Source: Methanosphaera stadtmanae DSM 3091 (lineage in GTDB: Archaea > Methanobacteriota > Methanobacteria > Methanobacteriales > Methanobacteriaceae). Taken from it: a stretch of 32,000 nt of DNA. A program made the translations under genes and the position numbers. The notes beneath the pieces are model-generated. The model was not told the origin of the DNA, ran no database searches, and saw nothing but the letters and a program-made list of their open reading frames with translations. The DNA lies in NCBI RefSeq assembly GCF_000012545.1, contig NC_007681.1, positions 60,001 to 92,000 of the forward strand, given 5' to 3'. This document shows positions 8,889 to 17,358 of this stretch, piece by piece; position 1 is the first letter of the stretch, and each line of letters begins with the position of its first letter.

Positions 8889-8997
8889 ATTCTCTACAAT
8901 CCCTTATTTTTACATAAGTATTAACACTTATGATCTATTATTATAATTATTTGTTATTACTAATATATAATATCAAAAGGTTATATTGTAATAACAT

Positions 8998-10188
8998 CTA
9001 AGACTTCTTATTCTCTACTATTTTAGTGATTATATCATCTAATTTATTCATTGAAGTAGTCCATGAATATTTCTTCTCAACAAGAGCATGACCATTATCT
9101 GCAATGTATTTATATAATTTCTTATTATCTAATAATTTGATAATTGCATCATTAAATTCTATTTCATTATCTGCATTTAAATAATCCCTATTATCTACTG
9201 CACAAATTCCACTAATTCCCTTTGATGTTGATATAACTGGCAGGTTCATACTCATAGCTTCAAGAATCTTATTTTTAATTCCTGTACCTGATATCATTGG
9301 TGTGATGAATATAATTCCATATTTAAGATATTCTCTAACATCATCAACTGAACCTGTAACTGTAATATGAGGATTTTTATCTAATGATTTAATATAATCA
9401 GAGGGATTTCGTCCAACAATAATAAATTCAACATCCCTTTTTTCTAGGACAAGTGGATAAATATTATCTACGAAGTATTTTACTGCATCATTATTTGGTG
9501 GTGTACTCATATCTCCTAGAAATACTAGTTTACTTCTTGTTTGATTTTTGTTTTTAAAGAAATTTGTATCAACACCATTTGGAATAACATTTATTGAAAT
9601 ATCAACATCTCTTTCTAATAAAGTTTTATCCTTCTTATTTACAACTATGCATGAATCAAATAGATTATATATTCTTTCATATCTGTGAATTTTATAGTAG
9701 TTAAGATACCAGTAAATACGACTAAAGAGAGTATCTGCCTTTTTATACATGTTATAATTGTAGTTTGAAACAGCATCAAATGCATATACTATCTTTGGAA
9801 TTTTAATATTTTTAGCATAGAAAGCCATTGGCATATCAGTAATTACAATATCAAAGTTTTCTGCGTCCACTTTTCTATTTATTAAATGACTCATACTACT
9901 TTTATAATAATAATTTAGAAAACTGTGTGTTTTTAAGTTATCAAGACAAATCATATTTTTAAGTGTGTATTTGAGTTGGTTTTTAAGTGAATGATATTCT
10001 GGTATTTTTAGGGTATTGGTTGTAGATAACTTATCTTTAATAGAATCTAGAGAATATTTTTCAGAATCAAATGATATTAAATGGATTTCATGTTTACTTC
10101 CCAATTGTTTTATTAAATGATATATAGGTAGTGTTGCACCTACACTCAGGGAGGGTATATCATGGCATATTAACAGTATTTTTGTCAT
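8998..10188 (-). CDS. GT-B fold glycosyltransferase (group 1-like)
   Basis: 396-aa ORF. The C-terminal domain has LVFLGDMSTPPNNDAV and SGTGIKNKILEAMSMNLPVISTSKGISGI. The N-domain is divergent. Confidence 0.7.
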   Translation of the reverse strand: MTKILLICHDIPSLSVGATLPIYHLIKQLGSKHEIHLISFDSEKYSLDSIKDKLSTTNTLKIPEYHSLKNQLKYTLKNMICLDNLKTHSFLNYYYKSSMSHLINRKVDAENFDIVITDMPMAFYAKNIKIPKIVYAFDAVSNYNYNMYKKADTLFSRIYWYLNYYKIHRYERIYNLFDSCIVVNKKDKTLLERDVDISINVIPNGVDTNFFKNKNQTRSKLVFLGDMSTPPNNDAVKYFVDNIYPLVLEKRDVEFIIVGRNPSDYIKSLDKNPHITVTGSVDDVREYLKYGIIFITPMISGTGIKNKILEAMSMNLPVISTSKGISGICAVDNRDYLNADNEIEFNDAIIKLLDNKKLYKYIADNGHALVEKKYSWTTSMNKLDDIITKIVENKKS

Positions 10189-10199
10189 AATAGTCCTCT

Positions 10200-11333
10200 T
10201 TATTCTTTATTTAGAGCATCTTCATATACTTTCAATATTTTATTTGCAACACTGGTCCATTTAAGATTTTTATGAATATATGCCTGTCCATTAAGAACAT
10301 GTTTTTTTGCAAGTGGCTTATTTTCAATAGTTTCTATAATAGCATATTTTAATTGATTTATGTTACCATATTCAACTGTAATTCCAGCATTCATAATATC
10401 TATTAATTCTCCAGATTCTTTTGTAACAACAACAGGAGTTCCTGCAAGTATTGATTCGAATACTGTTATTGCAACACCACCCATATATTCAACTGGATTA
10501 ACAAATACATCTGCATCATGATATATGCTTATTTTATCCTCTTCTTTAATAAATCCTGTGAATATAACTTTTTCTTCTATATTTCTTGTTTCTATAATTT
10601 TTTCTAATCTTTCTTTGTATGGTGTACTTTTTCCTGCAATTACTAGTTTATATTCATCATATCGTTCTGGAAGTAATGAAAATGCTTTTATTATGTTTTC
10701 AATTCCTTTTAATTTATCTAATCTTCCAAAATAGAGTATGTATGGCGAATGTATGTGTTTATCTTTGTATGTTCCATCTTCTGGTAGATTTTCATAGTCC
10801 TTTGTATTCATTCCATTGTAGATTACTCGAACATCATGTGCTTTCATTTGTTTATCATATTGTGCTTCTTCTTTTGATACTGCAATTGTTGTTGTAGCAT
10901 TTTGTATTATGTTATTTCCATAGAAAATATCGTATATATGTTTTATTAATGTTTTTGTTACATGTTTTGGAGTTGAGTTATGGGGTTGGAGTACATATGG
11001 AATGTTATACTTCTTAGCATATTTTATAACTATGTTGTTTTGATAACTTCTAAGTTCATGTAAATGAATAATATCATATTTTGTTATGTTTTTATCAAGC
11101 CATTTTTTCATTTTAGGAGAATAAATAAACAATGCTAAATTAAATTCATAATCAATAGGTACCATTGTAAGATTATCTACTAAATCAGTATCTTCCTTAT
11201 TATACTCAAAAGTAGTAGTTAAAATAGTAACATTATGGCCCATACTTGTTAATTGTTTAGAGAGATTATAACATACATTCACATCTCCTCCTCTTTTAAA
11301 TGCAAAATAGGGAATAACTTGTAATATATTCAT
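10200..11333 (-). CDS. GT-B fold glycosyltransferase (family 4)
   Basis: 377-aa ORF. It has an N-terminal FKRGGDVNV region, then GRLDKLKGIENIIKAF, and GGVAITVFESILAGTPVVVTKESGELIDIMNAGITVEYGN. Confidence 0.85.
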   Translation of the reverse strand: MNILQVIPYFAFKRGGDVNVCYNLSKQLTSMGHNVTILTTTFEYNKEDTDLVDNLTMVPIDYEFNLALFIYSPKMKKWLDKNITKYDIIHLHELRSYQNNIVIKYAKKYNIPYVLQPHNSTPKHVTKTLIKHIYDIFYGNNIIQNATTTIAVSKEEAQYDKQMKAHDVRVIYNGMNTKDYENLPEDGTYKDKHIHSPYILYFGRLDKLKGIENIIKAFSLLPERYDEYKLVIAGKSTPYKERLEKIIETRNIEEKVIFTGFIKEEDKISIYHDADVFVNPVEYMGGVAITVFESILAGTPVVVTKESGELIDIMNAGITVEYGNINQLKYAIIETIENKPLAKKHVLNGQAYIHKNLKWTSVANKILKVYEDALNKE

Positions 11334-11361
11334 AATAAATCACTTAAAAATAATAAGATAA

Positions 11362-12588
11362 TTAAATATCTTTTAATAATAAATCAAGAACTAAATTTTC
11401 TAAAATACCTTCAAATTCAATTGTAAGTTTACTCCAATCGTTTTCTTTAACAAAATTATAACCCAAAGAACCAGTATTTGCAATATCACGCTTATTCTTA
11501 AGTTGCATAGTAGCTACTGTTAGAACTTCCTCAGGTTTATTAATATAAATAAGACCATTCTTATCTCCAAATTCAGCAACAAGACCTGGAAGTCTAGTGG
11601 CAATAACAGGCTTTTTCATAGCCATGTATTCATATAATTTTATAGGAACAATGTCCTGCATTATAATTTCATCCTTGTATGCAGGAAGAATACAAATATC
11701 ACTGGCACCAATTAAATCAGGCATGATTTTATATTTTTGACGTCCTGTAAGAATCATTTGATCTTCTAATTTATACTTATGTTGGATTAATTTCAATGTT
11801 TCATAGGCATCTCCATCGCCAACAATTAACAATTTAATATTAGGATACTTCTGTTTATTTTTACCTAATTCTATTGCTAATTCTTTAAGTCCAGCAAAAT
11901 CATATAAAAATCCCATGAAAAACAACACAATGTCATCGTTATCTATACGATAATATTTCCTAATTTTATAACCATTATGCTTTTTAAAGTTGAATTGTTT
12001 TAAATTGATTCCAGCACCAATAATAGCCATTTTATGTGGATTAGCACCTAAATCAATTGCAGCTTCATGAAGTTTACGATTAATAGTAAGAACATATGAG
12101 GCCTTACTAATGGTATTTTTAGTTATTAGTTTACCCAATGATCTAAATTTCTTTTCAGGAATTAATTGATGTAAAACATCAATAAAGTAGTATACAAACG
12201 GTATATTATATTTTTTGGCAAGTCGTGATGCAATATTAGCATTTAAAATACCAAATGCAACTATAATATCTGGATTAAATTCTTTTATTTGACGTTTTAT
12301 TTCCTTTTTATGATAGTGAAGTATGGAAAGGTAGTTAAGAATAGGAACTCTAACAAGAGGTGGTCTAATTACAGTGATATTATCTGTATTATAAACCTTT
12401 TTATACTTTTTAAAGACTTTTCTAGGACTTTTATATCCTTGATTTGAATCATCATCAATTTTCCAGTCAACTTCATAATCAATTACCCTAATTTCATGTC
12501 CTCTAAGACCTAATAATTCCATTAAATGATGTTGTTGGTGTGGATTTCTTTTTATCCAATCTGATTCTTGTACAACTAATATTCTCAT
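11362..12588 (-). CDS. GT-B fold glycosyltransferase (family 4)
   Basis: The ORF is open to 12624, but the ATG at 12588 (MRILVVQESDW) is preceded by an AGAGGTGA SD with a 7-nt spacer. The C-terminus has IKLYEYMAMKKPVIATRLPGLVAEFGDKNGLIYI. Confidence 0.8.
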   Translation of the reverse strand: MRILVVQESDWIKRNPHQQHHLMELLGLRGHEIRVIDYEVDWKIDDDSNQGYKSPRKVFKKYKKVYNTDNITVIRPPLVRVPILNYLSILHYHKKEIKRQIKEFNPDIIVAFGILNANIASRLAKKYNIPFVYYFIDVLHQLIPEKKFRSLGKLITKNTISKASYVLTINRKLHEAAIDLGANPHKMAIIGAGINLKQFNFKKHNGYKIRKYYRIDNDDIVLFFMGFLYDFAGLKELAIELGKNKQKYPNIKLLIVGDGDAYETLKLIQHKYKLEDQMILTGRQKYKIMPDLIGASDICILPAYKDEIIMQDIVPIKLYEYMAMKKPVIATRLPGLVAEFGDKNGLIYINKPEEVLTVATMQLKNKRDIANTGSLGYNFVKENDWSKLTIEFEGILENLVLDLLLKDI

Positions 12589-12634
12589 AACTATTTCACC
12601 TCTTTTAGTTCTATTCCATATCAATCAAATTTAA

Positions 12635-13630
12635 TTAAAATTCTGCACTTTTTTGTATGTTATCCCAGTTATTTACAAACCATTCATGGGTATTTTCAAG
12701 ACCTTCCTCAAATGTATGAACAGGGTTGTATTTTAATATTTTTTTAGCCTTATCTATGGATGATAAGAGTTTATTTTTAGCATCCCAATCTCTACGTTCT
12801 TTATATTCAATTCCAGCTTCATTATCACATAATTCATTGACTTTGTTTGCCATGTCAATAACTCTGTGATCTTTACCAGAACCAAGATTTATAGATTCAC
12901 CAATAGCCTTATCAACAACACCAAGTCTTGTAAGACCTTGAATTATATCATCAACATATGTCCAGTCACGAGTTTCACTACCATTACCAGTAATAGGTAA
13001 TGCTTGTTTATTCATAGCCCAATACATGAAGTTTGGAATAACATTTCTATATTTTCCAGGAACTTCTCCAGGACCAAATACATTGAAAAATCTTGCATTA
13101 GCAATAGGTAGATCATATAGGTTATGGAAATAATTAGTATATAATTCTCCTAATAATTTAGTAACCTGATATGGTGTATGTAGACTAATACTAATATCAT
13201 GTTCTTCAAATGGCATTTTAGAATCTAAACCATAAACACCACAACCACTACTGGAGTATACAAATCTTTCAACACCAGTTAATTGTGCATATTCTAATAC
13301 TTTTAGAATACCTAAACCATTTACTTTTAAATCTAGTTCAGGTTTATCAACAGAATTTTGATTTGCAAAATGTGCTGCTAAATGGAAAACAAAGTCTGGC
13401 TTCTGTTTAAATACCCATTTTAAAACTTGATCATCACATATGTCTCCTTCAATAAATTCAATAGAATCATCTTTAGGTATATTCCATGTGTATGCAGAAG
13501 ATAAATTATCTAAAATAATTATCTTTTTAGGATTAAATTGTGCAAGTTTTTTAGTTAAATTACTTCCAACACAACCTGCTCCCCCTGTAACAAGTATTGT
13601 TTTTCCTTCATAAGCGCTAGCAACATCCAT
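12635..13630 (-). CDS. NAD-dependent nucleotide-sugar epimerase/dehydratase (extended SDR)
   Basis: 331-aa ORF with a Rossmann motif (ILVTGGAGCVGSNL), a catalytic Y-x3-K (YQVTKLLGE) and RFFNVFGPGE. An AGGAGA SD lies upstream. It is the first gene of the right sub-operon. Substrate specificity cannot be determined by eye. Confidence 0.85.
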   Translation of the reverse strand: MDVASAYEGKTILVTGGAGCVGSNLTKKLAQFNPKKIIILDNLSSAYTWNIPKDDSIEFIEGDICDDQVLKWVFKQKPDFVFHLAAHFANQNSVDKPELDLKVNGLGILKVLEYAQLTGVERFVYSSSGCGVYGLDSKMPFEEHDISISLHTPYQVTKLLGELYTNYFHNLYDLPIANARFFNVFGPGEVPGKYRNVIPNFMYWAMNKQALPITGNGSETRDWTYVDDIIQGLTRLGVVDKAIGESINLGSGKDHRVIDMANKVNELCDNEAGIEYKERRDWDAKNKLLSSIDKAKKILKYNPVHTFEEGLENTHEWFVNNWDNIQKSAEF

Positions 13631-13987
13631 TATATTATTTCTCCTTATATTTCCTTAAAAAAATAGTAATATATTACTTATATTAACATTAAATTTATAT
13701 ATCTTTTTTATTTTATTTAAGTTTTAAAAAAGTAGTTTCAATAGTATTGTATTTTTTATAAAGATTTAAGCTTAATATAACTTTTTTTTCTGTTGTTTTT
13801 AAAGTATTATGATGATAAAGAATATTGTTGTATTTATATTTGCTATTTAAGGAAGATACATTAAATAACAGAAATATCTAAGTAAAACTATATAATTAAG
13901 GATACTTTATTTTTTAGTATTTTATATCTTAAAATAAATTTTCTAGTGTTAACTTATTTTTAGGAATTTGTTTATTTAATAAAATAT

Positions 13988-13995
13988 TTTAAATA
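13988..13995 (+). promoter_or_regulatory. TATA-box-like element (TTTAAATA) centred about 27 nt upstream of ATG 14019; suggests a leaderless mRNA
   Basis: No SD-like purine motif precedes ATG 14019 (ttttcatataactacttATG). The TATA-like octamer sits at the canonical archaeal -26/-27 distance from the start codon itself. AT-rich background makes chance matches common. Confidence 0.3.
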
Positions 13996-14018
13996 AAATA
14001 ATTTTCATATAACTACTT

Positions 14019-14636
14019 ATGAATGATAAATATTATTGGGAAGAGTACTATAAAAAAAATCCAAATCCAGTAGATCCCTCAACATTTGCAAAGTTTACTA
14101 GTGGTTTTCTACGTCCAGGTAAATCACTTATAGAATTAGGATGTGGAAATGGTAGAGACAGTGTTTTTTTTGCAAACAATGGTGTACGCGTAACTGCAGT
14201 AGATCAAGTAGAAACAGAAATGGATTACTTAAATCATAAATATAGCTTATATAATCTTGAATTTAAGGCTGATGATTTCACAAATTTAAATCTAGATAAT
14301 ACATATGATTATATATATTCACGTTTTACTCTACATTCTATTAATGAAGAAGCAGAATACAGAGTAATTAAATGGATAAGTTCTCAATTAAATAATAAGG
14401 GCCTGTTTTTTTTAGAAGTACGTAGTATTAATGATCCAATGTTTTCTAAGGGTGAGAGAATTAGTAATACTGAAAATGTAACAACACATTATCGTAGATA
14501 CTTGGATTTTGAAGAAACAGTAAATAAATTAGAAAAAAATGGATTGAATGTTATTTATCAATTAGAAAGTCAAGGATTATCTGTTTATAAAGATGATGAT
14601 CCAATGTTAATACGTATTGTTGCTAAAAAAGAGTAA
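14019..14636 (+). CDS. Class I SAM-dependent methyltransferase
   Basis: 205-aa ORF with motif I (LIELGCGNGRDSVFFANNG), then VTAVD (acidic post-I residue) and a later FFLEV strand. It is convergent with LicD, with only 6 nt between the stops. Confidence 0.8.
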   Translation: MNDKYYWEEYYKKNPNPVDPSTFAKFTSGFLRPGKSLIELGCGNGRDSVFFANNGVRVTAVDQVETEMDYLNHKYSLYNLEFKADDFTNLNLDNTYDYIYSRFTLHSINEEAEYRVIKWISSQLNNKGLFFLEVRSINDPMFSKGERISNTENVTTHYRRYLDFEETVNKLEKNGLNVIYQLESQGLSVYKDDDPMLIRIVAKKE

Positions 14637-14642
14637 TGAATT

Positions 14643-15653
14643 TCAATTAAATTCATCATTAATTCTTTTTAAGTATGCTATTGATTCTTCAAATCCATAA
14701 TCCATATCTTTTTTTATGTTATTATATTGACCTTTTACAAATCCTGTTGTATTATGATCAAGGGCAATATGTGGAATATGCATGTATTCAGGGCCATATA
14801 TTAGTGGAAGATATTCTTCATAATCATTAGGACATGAAAATTCATAATCCTCAAATACTATTTTATTTAATGGAAAAACATAATCAGTTTTATAGATTCT
14901 ATTGTGTATATTGTTATGTAATCCATCAATAGCATCAGAAATATGGGATGTTTTATCTGTTGTGAATTTCATCTTCTTATTTTGTATAGCTAATCCTTCA
15001 TCAAATGTCCAAGTACCATTAATAATGTTATTTCTAAGTTCAACTTGTAATTCTGTCTGTTTATCATTTCTATCGGGAGTTAGACCACAATCTTCGATAT
15101 AATCCTTTGGAAATACATCAAAATGTACAAATGGTTTTTTAAATGCACATTGGAAAAATAATATGAATGTATGACTATTAAGTTGGTCTAATTCATTGTA
15201 ATTTGTGGTATCTTGTGGTTTTGTTAATTTTGATATTATTATTTTATCACTTAATCCATCAATCTTTTCTATTTCTTTTGGAAATACGTCGACTAATTTA
15301 TTATAATCTTCTCTTAACATTCCAATATCTATATCATCATCCCATGGAATGAATCCACCATGACGTATGGCTCCAAGTAATGTTCCATAATCTAGCCAAT
15401 ATTTTAATTCATATTTTTGACATATGTTATCAAATAATCTAAGTAATTCTAATGATAACAATTGTATCTGTCTCATGGTACCTGTTGCCTTAATATCACA
15501 ACTACTGAATATTAAATCTAGCATTCTATAATGTGATTCTATTTCCCTAAATTTATTGTTGTTGTTAAATTTCTGAACTAATTCAATCATCTTTGGATGA
15601 TTTTTTATAGTTTCAGGTAACATCTGATATAATTTTGATAACACAAACACCAT
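14643..15653 (-). CDS. licD: LicD-family phosphotransferase (phosphocholine / polyol-phosphate transferase family)
   Basis: 336-aa ORF containing the hallmark LicD block YWLDYGTLLGAIRHGGFIPWDDDIDIGMLREDY. Confidence 0.85.
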   Translation of the reverse strand: MVFVLSKLYQMLPETIKNHPKMIELVQKFNNNNKFREIESHYRMLDLIFSSCDIKATGTMRQIQLLSLELLRLFDNICQKYELKYWLDYGTLLGAIRHGGFIPWDDDIDIGMLREDYNKLVDVFPKEIEKIDGLSDKIIISKLTKPQDTTNYNELDQLNSHTFILFFQCAFKKPFVHFDVFPKDYIEDCGLTPDRNDKQTELQVELRNNIINGTWTFDEGLAIQNKKMKFTTDKTSHISDAIDGLHNNIHNRIYKTDYVFPLNKIVFEDYEFSCPNDYEEYLPLIYGPEYMHIPHIALDHNTTGFVKGQYNNIKKDMDYGFEESIAYLKRINDEFN

Positions 15654-15886
15654 AATATAAACTTCCTATATCTTTTTTTTGAAAAATTATTATATTTATA
15701 TATCTTTCTTCAATATTAAAAAAAATTATACTTCTTATTTATACTTATTATATTCTTTCTCATGGGAAAAAATATGTTAATTATTATAATAATGAAAAAT
15801 ATTCTATTCTTTCTTTAAAATATTATTTAATAAAATTCCATTTTTCATATAAAATGTGTAATAAGAAACTATATACTAGAATAACA

Positions 15887-15894
15887 TTTATATT
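15887..15894 (+). promoter_or_regulatory. TATA-box-like element (TTTATATT) centred about 27 nt upstream of ATG 15918; suggests a leaderless mRNA
   Basis: No SD precedes the ATGATG start of the regulator gene. The TATA-like octamer is at the canonical distance from the start codon. Same caveat about the AT-rich background. Confidence 0.3.
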
Positions 15895-15917
15895 AGTTTC
15901 AATACATAAAAATTATT

Positions 15918-16655
15918 ATGATGCCTATAAATAAGTTTAACAACACAAAAATTAAGATTTATGCTACAACTAAAGGAATTAAAATTGTAGATAGTCCTAT
16001 AAAAATTCAAATACTTAACATATTAGATGGTCAAGTAAGTGAAATAGAAATAGTTAAACAAACAGGAAAATCCAAATCAACAATATCTGTACATCTAAAA
16101 AATCTTATTGATGAAGGAATTATAAGTTTTAAATCTCATCCATTAGATAGAAGAAGTAAATTATTCTACATATATGCAGATTATATTGGAGAAATATGTC
16201 CTGATAAAATTATATATAAATTACCAGAAATAGAATCACAAATAACATCTAAAGCACAATTATATATGGAATTATTTAGGCAATTCAAATCAATATTATT
16301 AATTCATGGTTTACAAATAGAACCATTAGAAGTAGCAACAGGTCAAAGAATTGGTGAACATCTTTATTCACAATTTGAATATGAGACTCTTGAACAATTA
16401 ACAGAATTAGTAAAAGATAAATTCAATGAATTAGATTTAGGTCAACTTAAAATAAGTAGTTTTGAACCTTTAATTTTAAAAAATAATGGGTGTCATGAGT
16501 GTTTTAAACTACAATATAATATTTCAACATGTAATGTTACAAAGGGAATATTAAAAAGTATTTTTGAATCACATTTCAACAGAGAAGTTTCAGTAGAAGA
16601 AGTAGAATGTACTTCAAAATATGATGATTGTTGTACATTTACAGTAGATTACTAG
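15918..16655 (+). CDS. Transcriptional regulator: N-terminal winged-HTH (ArsR/TrmB-like) plus C-terminal Cys-rich V4R-like ligand-binding domain
   Basis: 245-aa ORF. The wHTH is ILNILDGQVSEIEIVKQTGKSKSTISVHLKNLIDEGIISF. The C-terminus GCHECF...CNVTKGILKSIFESHFNREVSVEEVECTSKYDDCCTFTV resembles the V4R ending (V-E-x-x-C-x3-G/D-D-x-C-x-F). The V4R call is from memory. Confidence 0.65.
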   Translation: MMPINKFNNTKIKIYATTKGIKIVDSPIKIQILNILDGQVSEIEIVKQTGKSKSTISVHLKNLIDEGIISFKSHPLDRRSKLFYIYADYIGEICPDKIIYKLPEIESQITSKAQLYMELFRQFKSILLIHGLQIEPLEVATGQRIGEHLYSQFEYETLEQLTELVKDKFNELDLGQLKISSFEPLILKNNGCHECFKLQYNISTCNVTKGILKSIFESHFNREVSVEEVECTSKYDDCCTFTVDY

Positions 16656-17356
16656 TATTGTTTATACTTCTTTATTTTTCTTTGAATACTAACTGGTATG
16701 AATGTAAACCAGTCACCCATACATGTTCGAATTATCTTTTCTTTCATGTATTTTTTTTGAAGATTAGGTAGAGTATCATAATATCCTTCTGACATAGATG
16801 CACCCTTAGAACGATGTTCTAATTCTGTGGGGATAAGATATGTATTGTATTTCTTATTTTTTATATTATAAACATAATCAACACAATATAAATGCCAATC
16901 AGGACATATTTTTTCATTTAATTCATATTTTTTAAATACATTCCTTGGTATTATAAATAAACATTCATCAAGAGTGGATGCTAATTCTACTTTTTCTAGT
17001 TTATAGGGTGTTACATCTACAGGAATTATTCCTTGTTTTATATTACTTCTAACAAGACTATCTGTAGTTTTACCAGCAACTCCTACAATTCCAATATTAT
17101 TAAGGGTAGATAGACATTTTTCAGTACGATCTAACCAGGAATTTTGGGAAAAATAAATGTCTTGATGGGCAAATACAATGTAATTACCATGTGCTTTTCT
17201 TGCACCATGATTTAGTGCATTTGCAGCACTACTGTACTTGTTTTTTCTATTATCAACAAGTATCAATTCATACTTTGAGGTTTGTTTTTTAAGACTTTTA
17301 AGTAAATATTCTTCTAATATAGTTTTGTTATTATATACACAGACTATACTCATCAT
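16652..17356 (-). CDS. GT-A fold (family 2-like) glycosyltransferase
   Basis: 234-aa ORF. It starts SIVCVYNN, followed by YELILVDN, ALNHGARKAHGNYIVFAHQDIYF, which is the GT2-like N-terminal layout. It lies 2 nt downstream of the flippase stop. Confidence 0.6.
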   Translation of the reverse strand: MMSIVCVYNNKTILEEYLLKSLKKQTSKYELILVDNRKNKYSSAANALNHGARKAHGNYIVFAHQDIYFSQNSWLDRTEKCLSTLNNIGIVGVAGKTTDSLVRSNIKQGIIPVDVTPYKLEKVELASTLDECLFIIPRNVFKKYELNEKICPDWHLYCVDYVYNIKNKKYNTYLIPTELEHRSKGASMSEGYYDTLPNLQKKYMKEKIIRTCMGDWFTFIPVSIQRKIKKYKQY

Positions 17357-17358
17357 AA

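Noticed and set aside
7085-8946. Track ORFs 7085-7306(+) and 8587-8946(+, 119 aa), antisense to the GT4 and GT2 genes
   Set aside because: The 119-aa ORF is long only because the antisense strand of the GT2 gene happens to lack stops. Its S/I/P-rich sequence has no family features, whereas the GT2 frame has DxD and other motifs.
10525-10897. Track ORFs 10525-10734(+) and 10619-10897(+), antisense to GT4 10200-11333
   Set aside because: These are shadow ORFs inside a strongly supported gene.
14902-15102. 66-aa plus-strand ORF antisense to licD
   Set aside because: It is nested antisense in the LicD ORF, with no SD or motif.
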